A stretch of 64,000 nt of DNA, from the IMG/VR virus record IMGVR_UViG_3300042482_000702, positions 124,001-188,000 of that record. One strand, 5' to 3'. A program made the translations under genes and the position numbers. How positions within the stretch are numbered: the stretch's first letter is position 1; each line of letters begins with the position of its first letter. Shown piece by piece: positions 48,406-58,600 of the stretch. The notes below the pieces were generated by a model. That model was not told the DNA's origin. It did no database searches and saw only the letters and a list, made by a program, of their open reading frames with translations.

Positions 48406-50757
48406 TTAACTCTCTTTTCTTAATGAACCATCATAATGTTCAAAGCGATTGTGTTCTGTTGGTGTTAACAATAATAATCCCGGATTGATTTTCCCTTTGA
48501 CGGTTTCTTGATAACTATAAGACATTAATGTTTGTTCGTAAGGATGAGACCATTTAGTTTCTAAATAACATCTGTAATTACCCTCTCTCGATAAGACAAT
48601 CGGCCAATTTGAAAGATAAACTTCTCCAGTAACATACGGTAATCCTTTGTGAATATGAATTTCGTTAAATTTTGTTTTTGGAGAATTGGGGTCTAAACCT
48701 TGTACGGGTAATTTAGGGTTATTTGGCCAATGTTTTTGTCTGAAATCTTGGGGTACATTATACCAACTCCATTGTACACTATTATCACCAAAAAATTCAC
48801 TAAAATTAAGTTTAAGGAAATCAAAATTTTCTTTAGAAAGTATATCTAACGATTTCTGATATAAGTTATCTACAAATCTTGGGAATCCATTTCTACAAAC
48901 CTCACCTTTTTTAGGGTAAAACGCCATGTCATCCTCAAACCACCAGTAACAATCCAAATCAGTTTCATCGAAATGTTCAGCAACAAATACTCTACCACCA
49001 ACAATACCAATATTATCCTTCTTAATGTGTTCAAAACCATATTGTTCACATAATTCAATATATCTCGGTGTTGTGGTTAAATCAGTTGAATTATCTAATA
49101 AGAATTTCTTTGGTTTCTCAACAAAATCTTTATCATAGTCCAACATAGATTGGATAAGAACCTCTAATTGTTTTGGTGAATTAAATGTGATTACATAAAG
49201 ACCCACTTTTGAAGTGTCCAATTTATTCACAACAACATCTTTAGACACTTCTGATTTAACCTCAACTGTCATATCTTTTAAATCCTCAAAGAATTTACCC
49301 ATTAATCCATTACCCTCAATTTCTGAATAACTAATTAAATTAGGATATTTGTAAGTCATAATCGTAAATAACGACTCTTCAGTTCCCATTAATCCTTGTG
49401 ATAAAGTATCATTCATTAACCCATAATAGATTGAATTAATTTCAGATATTGTATCTTTTTTACCTCCGAAGAAACCTGCTCTGGCAACCATATTAACAGG
49501 TTTGCCAGCTAATTCACATAACTCTTGATACTTAAATCCATGAATTTCACTATTGGCATCATACGGGAAACAAACAAAGTGAAAATTCTTAATTAATTTA
49601 GGTAATTTATCTAAAACTTTGTCGTGGGTAAAATATCCAGGATGAATTGTATTGGTTAATCCGGCATCAATCCAAAACATATATTCTGAATCAAATTTAT
49701 CTAATATTTTCGCATCGTGTAAAAGATAAATTTTAGACATAACCAAAGGGTTGTACATTTCTAATTTAGCTTGAGTTGATTCTGTTAACCAACCAACTTG
49801 ATTATACCAATCAGGGTTAGTTCTTATTTTTTGAATTTTATCGTAAAAATCATTATTTTTAAACCAAGATAAATCTCTACGAACAAATTGAGTGTTTTCA
49901 CTACGTCTGTTGTTTAATACAAATTTTTCTAACTCTTCATCACCAAAAATTATCATATTTACATCAACTTGTAATAGTTGTTGGAATTTATCTAAATAAT
50001 GTTGGAATGAACGAGACCATCCTTCTTGGAGGTCTCCCCTACCTATATCCCATAACCCTGTTACTAATGTTGTTATATTGTTAGACTTAGTTGTCTCAAC
50101 CTTTACAACATCATTCTTAACTATTATTGAATTTTTTTTATATCCACCCACTTGAGTAACAACTTCAATCACATTATTCTCAATACCTCTTAATTCAAAG
50201 AAGTCCTTAATTGCCGCTTCAACACCTGGTAAATCATTTCTTTTGTAATCGTGGAAAAATATATAACCACCATCAACAACTCTATCATAAACCTTAACTA
50301 AACTATCATATATTGAATCATAAAAATCTCCATCAAGAAATGCGAATGAAATTTTTTCAGGTAATCTATCGTTTGGAATATCACAAAACCAACCTTTTGT
50401 TATTATTGGTGGAGGTAAATTATTTTCAATAAAATTACTTGTTAAAACGTCTTCACTGGTTACTAATGTTCTAGGTCTCCAACCCGTATTAATTTCCCAT
50501 TTAGATAAATCCGGCAACCCTTCAAAAGAATCATATACATATAATTTTTTATCAGAATTAGTTTCAATTAGGGTTTTCATTAGGTATTTACTTGATTCAC
50601 CAACGTAACAACCTAGTTCAACAACATCTCCGTCTATATCATTCTCAATTGCATCTAACAAATATTCAACTAATTTTTTTATTTGTTCACCATTAATTAT
50701 TGATGAGTCCACTTGTTTATTGTGGAAATTCATTATTTCATTTAAAAAATTTTTCAT
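48406..50757 (-). CDS. Three-domain enzyme: TylF/MycF-type sugar O-methyltransferase + HtrL/WlaTC-like glycosyltransferase + GT-A (GT2-like) domain
   Basis: GDVVELGC.VG, YDSFEGLP, KGWF, FLDGDFY, GG...HDY; TLVTGLWDIGR...RS...YL, WIDAG, GFFGG, TEES; VITFN, LDNS, NIG, FEDD. Confidence 0.8.
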   Translation of the reverse strand: MKNFLNEIMNFHNKQVDSSIINGEQIKKLVEYLLDAIENDIDGDVVELGCYVGESSKYLMKTLIETNSDKKLYVYDSFEGLPDLSKWEINTGWRPRTLVTSEDVLTSNFIENNLPPPIITKGWFCDIPNDRLPEKISFAFLDGDFYDSIYDSLVKVYDRVVDGGYIFFHDYKRNDLPGVEAAIKDFFELRGIENNVIEVVTQVGGYKKNSIIVKNDVVKVETTKSNNITTLVTGLWDIGRGDLQEGWSRSFQHYLDKFQQLLQVDVNMIIFGDEELEKFVLNNRRSENTQFVRRDLSWFKNNDFYDKIQKIRTNPDWYNQVGWLTESTQAKLEMYNPLVMSKIYLLHDAKILDKFDSEYMFWIDAGLTNTIHPGYFTHDKVLDKLPKLIKNFHFVCFPYDANSEIHGFKYQELCELAGKPVNMVARAGFFGGKKDTISEINSIYYGLMNDTLSQGLMGTEESLFTIMTYKYPNLISYSEIEGNGLMGKFFEDLKDMTVEVKSEVSKDVVVNKLDTSKVGLYVITFNSPKQLEVLIQSMLDYDKDFVEKPKKFLLDNSTDLTTTPRYIELCEQYGFEHIKKDNIGIVGGRVFVAEHFDETDLDCYWWFEDDMAFYPKKGEVCRNGFPRFVDNLYQKSLDILSKENFDFLKLNFSEFFGDNSVQWSWYNVPQDFRQKHWPNNPKLPVQGLDPNSPKTKFNEIHIHKGLPYVTGEVYLSNWPIVLSREGNYRCYLETKWSHPYEQTLMSYSYQETVKGKINPGLLLLTPTEHNRFEHYDGSLRKES

Positions 50758-50763
50758 ATTTTA

Positions 50764-51393
50764 CTATTTTTTTTGTCTACAAGTCCATACAACATTTTCA
50801 AAAATGTCTTTATCGTAATATTCTAAATTATGTTCGACACAAGATAAATTTATATCATTATTTGAAATTTCAAACCAATTCCATAATTTTTTATTAATTT
50901 TTTCTTCAAAAATTTCTTTATTTTCTGAATAATCATGGGCCATAATAAAATCACCAACTTTAATATATTTTGATAAAATATTAAATTCCCTAATTTTATC
51001 ACCACCATCACATAAAACTAAAGTTAACCCATCTTGTTGAATAAAATCAATAACTTCTTGGTCCACATTTTGATAATTTTCATAAAAAACATTTTTAATT
51101 CTTATATCAATACCAGTTTTTATTATATCCTTATACCAACTATGTTCCACAATATCATACGATAAAATATCAATAGGGTGTTTAAGTTCGTTTGATGACC
51201 ATTGTAAAAATTGTGTAAATCCACCAAGAGCGGTACCAATTTCTAAAATTCTTTTTGGTTTTGTTTTATTTAAAAAGTTATAAAATACTTCATAAACTTT
51301 ATCGGTTTGTTGGGAACTTAATCCCATAAATGATGATAACCCATCATTTTGGTCTAAATTAATTCTTCGAGTAATGTTGTCGTTTAAACTCAT
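50764..51393 (-). CDS. Class I SAM-dependent methyltransferase (CmcI/Methyltransf_24-like)
   Basis: RILEIGTALGG, SYDI, LCDGG, GD..MAHDY. Confidence 0.75.
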   Translation of the reverse strand: MSLNDNITRRINLDQNDGLSSFMGLSSQQTDKVYEVFYNFLNKTKPKRILEIGTALGGFTQFLQWSSNELKHPIDILSYDIVEHSWYKDIIKTGIDIRIKNVFYENYQNVDQEVIDFIQQDGLTLVLCDGGDKIREFNILSKYIKVGDFIMAHDYSENKEIFEEKINKKLWNWFEISNNDINLSCVEHNLEYYDKDIFENVVWTCRQKK

Positions 51394-51394
51394 T

Positions 51395-52252
51395 CTATAA
51401 CGTTATAATTTTTTTTAATAGATTATTTTCTTGGAAATATCTTTTTTTAATTTCTCTTAATCCAATTATTTTTTGTTGATATATTTCATCACTATTTTCA
51501 ATTATAGTTTTTAATAATTGTTCTATAGAATCAACATCATTTATATCATCAATTAAAATATAACCATCTTCCGGGTATATTTCTTTAATATTTTTACAAC
51601 CAAAATAAATAGGTATAGTATCGGTTAATATGTTGTCATAAAATTTTTCAGTAATCCAATTTTTTTCATATGAATTTTCAATTGAAATATTAAATTTATA
51701 ATCTACTAATGCGTCTTTACGTTTTGGGCTAATATTGCCATCATAAACATCTATTCCGTTTATTTCTTTAATTCTTTCTAAAATATTAACTCTTTGAGGG
51801 TATAAACAAGTTCCTCCATAATCAGTATTTAATCTTGTGATTGAACTAGATATTATCTTAGTTTTATTAAATGTTGATTTTAATAGATTATCGTAACACC
51901 AAAAATCTAATGTGTCAACCCAAGGGCCTCTACCACCATAAAAAGTATGTGCAATAGATTCTTTAAAATTACCAACATATAATTCTTTTGAAAATCCACA
52001 AATAACAGTATCACTTATAAAATGTTTTTGATGTGTACCAATCCAGGAAGGTTCGTGGGGAAATACAAATGATTTAGAATTTGGTTTAATCTCAACATTA
52101 GTGTAATTAAAAAAAACTATAGTATCGTAAGAGTCGTCATAAACAAACTCTATATTAGTCAAATCAATTTCCGGTGTTTTAAACTGCTTAAGTAATCTTT
52201 CTGTTAAATTTTCCGAAGAATCGTAATTTGCGGATATTTTTATTTTTTTCAT
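51395..52252 (-). CDS. GT10-family (alpha-1,3/4-fucosyltransferase-like) glycosyltransferase
   Basis: K..ALVDYKFNISIENS....WITEKFYD......PIYFG. Start probably ATG 52252, an ATGA overlap with the upstream stop. Confidence 0.85.
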   Translation of the reverse strand: MKKIKISANYDSSENLTERLLKQFKTPEIDLTNIEFVYDDSYDTIVFFNYTNVEIKPNSKSFVFPHEPSWIGTHQKHFISDTVICGFSKELYVGNFKESIAHTFYGGRGPWVDTLDFWCYDNLLKSTFNKTKIISSSITRLNTDYGGTCLYPQRVNILERIKEINGIDVYDGNISPKRKDALVDYKFNISIENSYEKNWITEKFYDNILTDTIPIYFGCKNIKEIYPEDGYILIDDINDVDSIEQLLKTIIENSDEIYQQKIIGLREIKKRYFQENNLLKKIITL

Positions 52253-53031
52253 CGTTTTATATTTTCCCAATTATTATAGTTAAAACTAACTTTAAAAACC
52301 CCAGATTCATTACCAAAACCTAATTCACCAACATTATATCCGCTTATTAATGCTGACACACCAATTTCAAATGCCTCCATATCAAAAGTAATAACGTTAT
52401 TCGGTTGTTGAGTTTCAAATAGAGTACAAAATTTTTCAAATTCATTACACATTATTGGTAATTTTTCATTATTTTTAATTAACAATATGTGTTCACTTGG
52501 TAAAGACGCTTGTCTCCATTCAGGGTTAATACCGTAAAATGTAAATTTATCGTCAAATAATGCTTTATAAGTTCCGTTTTTAATTGTTTCTAAATATTGA
52601 TTTTCAGCCCATTCATAAGTCCTATTTGCCAATAAAACTAACATATCAAAACCATTACTTTCCCACTCATTTATTTTAGAATCAATAACATCTGTATTAA
52701 CTTCACTATTTAATCCCGCATCACAATCTAAATAAAGAACCCAATCATATTTTTGATTGATATCTTTAATTGCTGAAAATTTTAAAAGTTGATTAAACGC
52801 ACCAACGTGAGTTTTATGGTTTTCTAATTTATTTTCAGTAATAATAACACGGTTAGGGTTATTATTATACTCATCGTCAAAATGTGATGGAGCGTTTGTT
52901 GTTACCATAATGTCATATGGTGTTTTTGTTAAAACATCATTAATTAATCTTTTAGCAAAAGTTGTGTAAATTTCCGACCCTTCTCTTTCTGAATTAACAT
53001 ATGATATTGCCGATACTAATATATTTTTCAT
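52249..53031 (-). CDS. Putative GT-A fold glycosyltransferase
   Basis: K......YDWVLYLDCD DxD motif; inside the glycosylation cluster. Confidence 0.65.
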   Translation of the reverse strand: MKNILVSAISYVNSEREGSEIYTTFAKRLINDVLTKTPYDIMVTTNAPSHFDDEYNNNPNRVIITENKLENHKTHVGAFNQLLKFSAIKDINQKYDWVLYLDCDAGLNSEVNTDVIDSKINEWESNGFDMLVLLANRTYEWAENQYLETIKNGTYKALFDDKFTFYGINPEWRQASLPSEHILLIKNNEKLPIMCNEFEKFCTLFETQQPNNVITFDMEAFEIGVSALISGYNVGELGFGNESGVFKVSFNYNNWENIKR

Positions 53032-53041
53032 ATTTAAATTT

Positions 53042-53782
53042 TTAAAACCATCTTGGGTGATAGTAAGTTGTTTTATTACTTGTTATTCTATAGTATTTAT
53101 TGTTTTTTAAAAAAGATGAAACTCTCTTTTCAAATGAGTCCCCAGCATATTGGGGGTATTGAATCTCTGATAGAGTATTTTCTTCATTATAAATTTGAGA
53201 TTTAAAAATATTTGTGGGTATTAAAAAACATTGGTCAGAAAATCCCATCCCATATGACCAATCAGGATGTTTATTTATTAACTCATTACCATTTAATATA
53301 TAATATTTTTCATCATCTTCCGCTGCATTATATTGTAAATTCCAAATAGGGTTAACAACTTTAACCTTATCATTTGTGTTTAATATTTCAATACCATTTG
53401 TTATCCAATCATACCCACTTTTATCTGTTAATGAATCACCGGTTAAATAAACCATATAATCTGATTCACACAAATACACCGATAATAAAGGGGCTATTGA
53501 ATACCAATACCCACCATTAAATGATTCTTTATTAATATTAAAATATTCTAATACTTTATCACTATAATCATCAGTAAAAAAATAGTTGTCGATGACTTTA
53601 TTAACTATTAATTTGGTTAAGGAGTTTTCAACTAACTCTCTATCATTAACATTAGTTATTATTAATGTTTTTTTATGAAAGTCATAATTAAGATTTTCAA
53701 ATTTTCTTAATAACCCACCTTGATTTATTATTGCGTACCAATCTCCTTCATAACATTGAGTGAAGAAACTAACATTATTCAT
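53042..53782 (-). CDS. Putative glycosyltransferase-like protein
   Basis: DYMVYLTGD, WI..GI..L, FSDQCFL, YYH pattern reminiscent of GT-A; cluster context. Confidence 0.5.
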   Translation of the reverse strand: MNNVSFFTQCYEGDWYAIINQGGLLRKFENLNYDFHKKTLIITNVNDRELVENSLTKLIVNKVIDNYFFTDDYSDKVLEYFNINKESFNGGYWYSIAPLLSVYLCESDYMVYLTGDSLTDKSGYDWITNGIEILNTNDKVKVVNPIWNLQYNAAEDDEKYYILNGNELINKHPDWSYGMGFSDQCFLIPTNIFKSQIYNEENTLSEIQYPQYAGDSFEKRVSSFLKNNKYYRITSNKTTYYHPRWF

Positions 53783-53783
53783 A

Positions 53784-54341
53784 TTATTTTACTTTTTTAT
53801 AAGTCCAACAAGTACTTGTTGGGGATATATTCTCAACACCAAAAATATCATTTACCGCGTTTGAAACTGGTATGTGATAATAATCGTGACCAGATATTAA
53901 CCCATTAATTTTAAGTTTTGGTAACCAAGCGTTAATATCTTTTTTAACGCTTTCATAGTCGTGACTAGCATCAATAAAAATAAAATCAAGGGATTCATCC
54001 TCATAATCTAAAGCAGCCTCCCAAGATATTTTTTTAATAACATTAACGTAATCTTTAACAGGTTCAATGTTGTTTAAAAAAGTATCATATAACCCTTCAA
54101 AACTTTCTTTACTTATATCTGTAAACCAATCAAAAAATTGCCAAGTGTCAACACAATCAAATTTTATCTTTTTACCTGAATTAATTATTTCTACCGCCAT
54201 AAAACAAGCACTCATACCTTTCCAAACCCCAACTTCAACAAAATGAAAACCATCTGCTGATGTATCGACCATATTTTTATATATGTCTTGAAAATCAAAC
54301 CAATTTTCTCCACTAATTATTTTATCGTAAAAATGTTCCAT
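53784..54341 (-). CDS. Class I SAM methyltransferase (Methyltransf_24 type)
   Basis: FVEVGVWKG.S, VDTW, DFIFIDASHDYE.VK.DI..W.PKLK..G.ISGHDY. Confidence 0.88.
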   Translation of the reverse strand: MEHFYDKIISGENWFDFQDIYKNMVDTSADGFHFVEVGVWKGMSACFMAVEIINSGKKIKFDCVDTWQFFDWFTDISKESFEGLYDTFLNNIEPVKDYVNVIKKISWEAALDYEDESLDFIFIDASHDYESVKKDINAWLPKLKINGLISGHDYYHIPVSNAVNDIFGVENISPTSTCWTYKKVK

Positions 54342-54344
54342 ATT

Positions 54345-55592
54345 TTATAAATTACCCGTTATTCTTTCACACCAACCTTTTGACGTACTAAACGGCCAAA
54401 CAACCCAGTATTTTGGTTTATGAACTGTCTGAAATTCTCTCCAAACTTTACAATACCCATCAGGGTCTCTCATCATGTTATTAATCTCATTGATGTCAGC
54501 ATCTTTCCTATTTAAAGTTTCATCATTCTCATCGTGGAAAGCCACAACCCAAAATTCGTAATCTTTTTCTGGTACTTGAGTAAATCCAATATCTATACAA
54601 TGTTTAAAGATACTAGCGTAACTTGCCAACCATTCTTCTTCGGTTTCATAAATTGTTGGATTTGGTGCGTAATGTTTGTCTAAAGTATATTGTTGGACAG
54701 CTCTCGTTGAAAATTTAAGACCTGAATAGATTTCATAATCTTTTAATGTTCTTTCAGTCCCAAAACCGTAATAACTAAAATCCATAGTCACTTCTTCACC
54801 ATCCATACCAAATAATTGACGATTCTTTAAATGAGATAATTCGTTTTTCTTACCCCACTCTTTATCATCATCCCATTGTTTTGTTCTACCCTTACGAGTA
54901 TATTCGTGCCAAATAACAGTTTTATGTGGGTGGAATAAATCATATCCGTGGGTAAATGCTCTAACGGCAATAGATATTTCTTCACCGTGAAAATAGAACT
55001 CAGGGTCATGTTGAACCTCAACACTAAATTGTCCTACTGTAAATGCCATGTGGGCGGAGTAAAATCTTGAGGTAACGGGTTCTTTAAGGTTTTCCCACCC
55101 CGGAATTGTTTCAGGTAAGAAAAAGACAGCGCCTTCAGGTATGAATCTATCAAACGCCATTCTCCATGGGTCTCTAACTCTCCCTGCTGGGTCATTGTCG
55201 GGGTCAAATGAAGAAACATACCCCGTTAATAAAGGTTTCTTAAATCCTTTCTTTTGAAGTTGTTTAACCATTTTGATTAAGGTGTCATCCCAATCTTTCT
55301 CAAATCTCATATGAGAATCGATTTGTAGAGTATATTCTTCACCTTTATATAATTGTTGTACTTGGTTTCTTGCCCAACAAACACCTTTGGACTCTGTGTA
55401 TAAAACATCAACAACTCTAAATCTTTTATCTTTTGCGTATTCGGATAAATCATCAAACCCATCTTCCGGGTGATATTGACGACAGATTCCAATTACCAAA
55501 TTTTTAGGTTTTTTTGCATTCTCCAACATTGACTTAATTGTTGGAATAAGTTGGGGGTCCCGATAGGAAGCGATTTGTACAAAAATTTTCAT
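54345..55592 (-). CDS. GT60-family polypeptide N-acetylglucosaminyltransferase (Skp1-HyPro / mucin-type Gnt-like)
   Basis: IFVQIASYRD, GVCWAR, LQIDSHMRF..WD, F.GEE...AVRAFTHGYD, WH.Y.R. Confidence 0.85.
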   Translation of the reverse strand: MKIFVQIASYRDPQLIPTIKSMLENAKKPKNLVIGICRQYHPEDGFDDLSEYAKDKRFRVVDVLYTESKGVCWARNQVQQLYKGEEYTLQIDSHMRFEKDWDDTLIKMVKQLQKKGFKKPLLTGYVSSFDPDNDPAGRVRDPWRMAFDRFIPEGAVFFLPETIPGWENLKEPVTSRFYSAHMAFTVGQFSVEVQHDPEFYFHGEEISIAVRAFTHGYDLFHPHKTVIWHEYTRKGRTKQWDDDKEWGKKNELSHLKNRQLFGMDGEEVTMDFSYYGFGTERTLKDYEIYSGLKFSTRAVQQYTLDKHYAPNPTIYETEEEWLASYASIFKHCIDIGFTQVPEKDYEFWVVAFHDENDETLNRKDADINEINNMMRDPDGYCKVWREFQTVHKPKYWVVWPFSTSKGWCERITGNL

Positions 55593-55659
55593 ATTTATCT
55601 TAATTTATTTAAATAATAATATTTAAACGAAAAAGATAAATATGAAAATAATTAATTTA

Positions 55660-58600
55660 TTAATCTTTTATTAATCTTACCGAGAAACCAGATTTTTTAT
55701 CATAACCTAGGTAGAATCTGTTAACATCATCGTAGTCCCAAGTCAGTTCTCGTGTATAAGCGTTTGTTATACTCCAGTCTGTCGAACTCCACCATCCACA
55801 CCTACCGTTACCACTTGGGAAGAAATTACCATAACTATAGATATAAGATGCTGGAAGAGCTGAAAACCCACTGCTGTTGGTAGCCCCCGCATTAGGTTGC
55901 CTCCAAAGTATACTCGTCGATTTCATCTTGCCTCCTGCTAAACCATCTCCACCTAAATTATTTATTAAAATTGTCCATTCATCATCAGTAGGTATATGAT
56001 AACCAGCTGGGGCTAACCCTTTATAGTCATTCACAGCAAACCAATTATAAAGTTTTCCATAAATAGCGTCATTAGCTGGGTTATCATCAAGGTGACGCCA
56101 GGTCCCTATTTTATTATTACCGTAACTTACCCATTCTGCTTCAGTGGTTGATTGAGGTATTCGTGTTCCATCTCTGTAAGTACTTACATTGAGATTAACG
56201 CTTGACCATTCCTGATTATATATAGGTACACTAGGTATCGTTGGTCTTATTGTGCTAGTTGGTGTTGGGGTGTTAGTTGGTGTTTTAGTTGGCGTTTTAG
56301 TTGGTGTTGGTGTTTTAGTTGGTGTTAAGCTTGGTGATGGAGGTATGGTACCTTTTGTTGGTGTTGGTGTTTGTGTAGGTGTGGGTAACGAAGATAATTC
56401 GTATCTTCCTTTTGTTGCGTCATAGTTTTGTATTACTTCTTGTGAGGAAAGTCCTCTATTATAAATAAGTACTTGAGAAATTTTACCATTAAAAAATCTT
56501 TCTACAGTATTTGGACCCAAAGTCGGATTAGCACCTATTAATAATGGCATAAAATAAGTATATGTGATATTCCCTACCTTAGAAGTGCTCTGTATTAAAT
56601 TTCCATTTCTATAAAAGTTAATAACTCCTCCATTAAAAGTTGTTGTTATATTAACCCACGAAGTTGTATTATATGCCGACATAGTTTCTCCTGCTGTGGG
56701 TGTAAAACTACCATTTATCCAAAAGTGAGTTTCTAATTGACTAGGTGATAGGTAATTGGCAACTATTCCATATCCAGCATTTTCTTTACAAGAAATTATT
56801 GTTTGAGGGTTTAATAATGAGTTAAATTTTAACCAAATAGTAATTGTAAAATTATTTGTAAATCTTAAAGCAGCTGGTACTATACCAAAAGTGACACGAT
56901 TATTAATTCCATTAAATACGATACTACCACCACTTTCAGAATCAAAAGTTTGAGGATTTGCAAATGTTCCATTATATCCATTTCCGGTTAAATCTGTCCA
57001 TGTTGTTCCATTCCCAGGATAGGAGTTTGTATTTCCAGCATCTAAATGAACTAATAATCCCGAAGTAACTATTTCGTATCTTCTTTTTGTTAAGTTATAA
57101 TTTTGTATTACTTCTTGTGAGGAAAGTGCTTTGTTGTATATAAGTACTTGAGAAATTTTACCATTAAAAAATCTTTCTACAGTATTTGGCCCCAAAGTCG
57201 GATTAGCACCTATTAATAATGGCATAAGAATAGAGTACGCAATATTTCCTACCTTAGAAGTACTTTGTATTAAATTTCCATTTCTATAAAAGTTAATAAC
57301 TCCTCCATTAAAAGTTGTTGTTATATTATACCATGATGTTGTATTATAATTTAATATACTTTCTCCAGCTGTAGGTGTAAAACTACCATTTATCCAAAAG
57401 TGAGTTTCTAATTGACTAGGTGATAGGTAATTGGCAACTATTCCATATCCAGCATTTTCTTTACAAGAAATTATTGTTTGAGGGTTTAATAATGAGTTAA
57501 ATTTTAACCAAATAGTAATTGTAAAATTATTTGTAAATCTTAAAGCAGCTGGTACTATACCAAAAGTGACACGATTATTAATTCCATTAAATACGATACT
57601 ACCACCACTTCCAGAATCAAAAGTTTGAGGATTTGCAAATGTTCCGTTATGTCCATTTCCGGTTAAATCTTTCCATATTGTTCCAGTACCTGGATAGGAA
57701 TCTGTATTTCCAGCATCTAAATGAACTACTAACCCCGAAGGAACTATATCATCCACTACACAGCGAACTGATAGACCGTTCATTTTATTAGATGAATAGT
57801 AGTTTGATAAAATTCTATTATTATAAGAGTTAATTGTGAAAGTATCGTTATTACCATCAATTTTTTGGGATGCCCAAAATGATGCGGAATATTTAAAAGA
57901 ATCGGTGTAATTTACGAAACCAAGTGTGTTATTTACACTTCTATTTCCAGCTGGTAAAATAGTTAACCCTGTTGTATTTGTTGGTCTAAATAAATCATTT
58001 TGAATCCAATATAAATCTCCCTCAGCACTCATTTTAACACCTGAAGATTCTCCACCTAATGACGTAATTAAATTATTCCATTCAGTTTCTGTTGGGATAC
58101 GGAATCCGACAGGTGCTAATCCTCTTGGGTCATTTACCGCATATGAATTATAAAGTCTACCATACGGTAATTTATTACCAAATTCATCGTAATTTATTTG
58201 ATTATTTGGGTAACACCAAGCACCTTCAGTTAATGCGAACCACTGTTGATTGGTATAATTACTAGCGTCGATAAGTGGGTTACCGTTTCGATAAGTTGTT
58301 ACATCTAAATTCTTACCAGCCCAACGATTACCAACGGAATATGTACCGTCAGATTGATTAATTTTCCCTAATATAGGTATTATTACTTTATTAGGCGTTT
58401 CAGTTAGAGGTATTACAACTGTTATTGTCACCGCACCTCCAGGCGTTTGAATAGTAAAAAATTCCCCATTGTATCGTCTAACAAAAGGGAGAATCCAATT
58501 TGTTCCGTCCCAAGTGGAGATATCCACATAATTATCTCTAATATAGATGTCGTCATTAGTGTCAACAGCCGCAACAGTACTACCTCTATTTATCATCGGT

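Noticed and set aside
48406-55592. Glycosyltransferases as a DNA hypermodification system
   Set aside because: No hydroxymethylase, TET/JBP or T4-type glucosyltransferase is in the window; the families present act on proteins or glycans and abut a mucin-like gene. Disfavoured, not excluded.
55660-58340. Diversity-generating retroelement acting on the FISUMP or LamG repeats
   Set aside because: No reverse transcriptase in the window. Differences between the LamG copies include T>C, T>A and G>C changes, so they are not adenine-specific. Both copies are in-frame coding, and no template repeat for the C-terminal FISUMP was seen. A distant RT/TR cannot be excluded.
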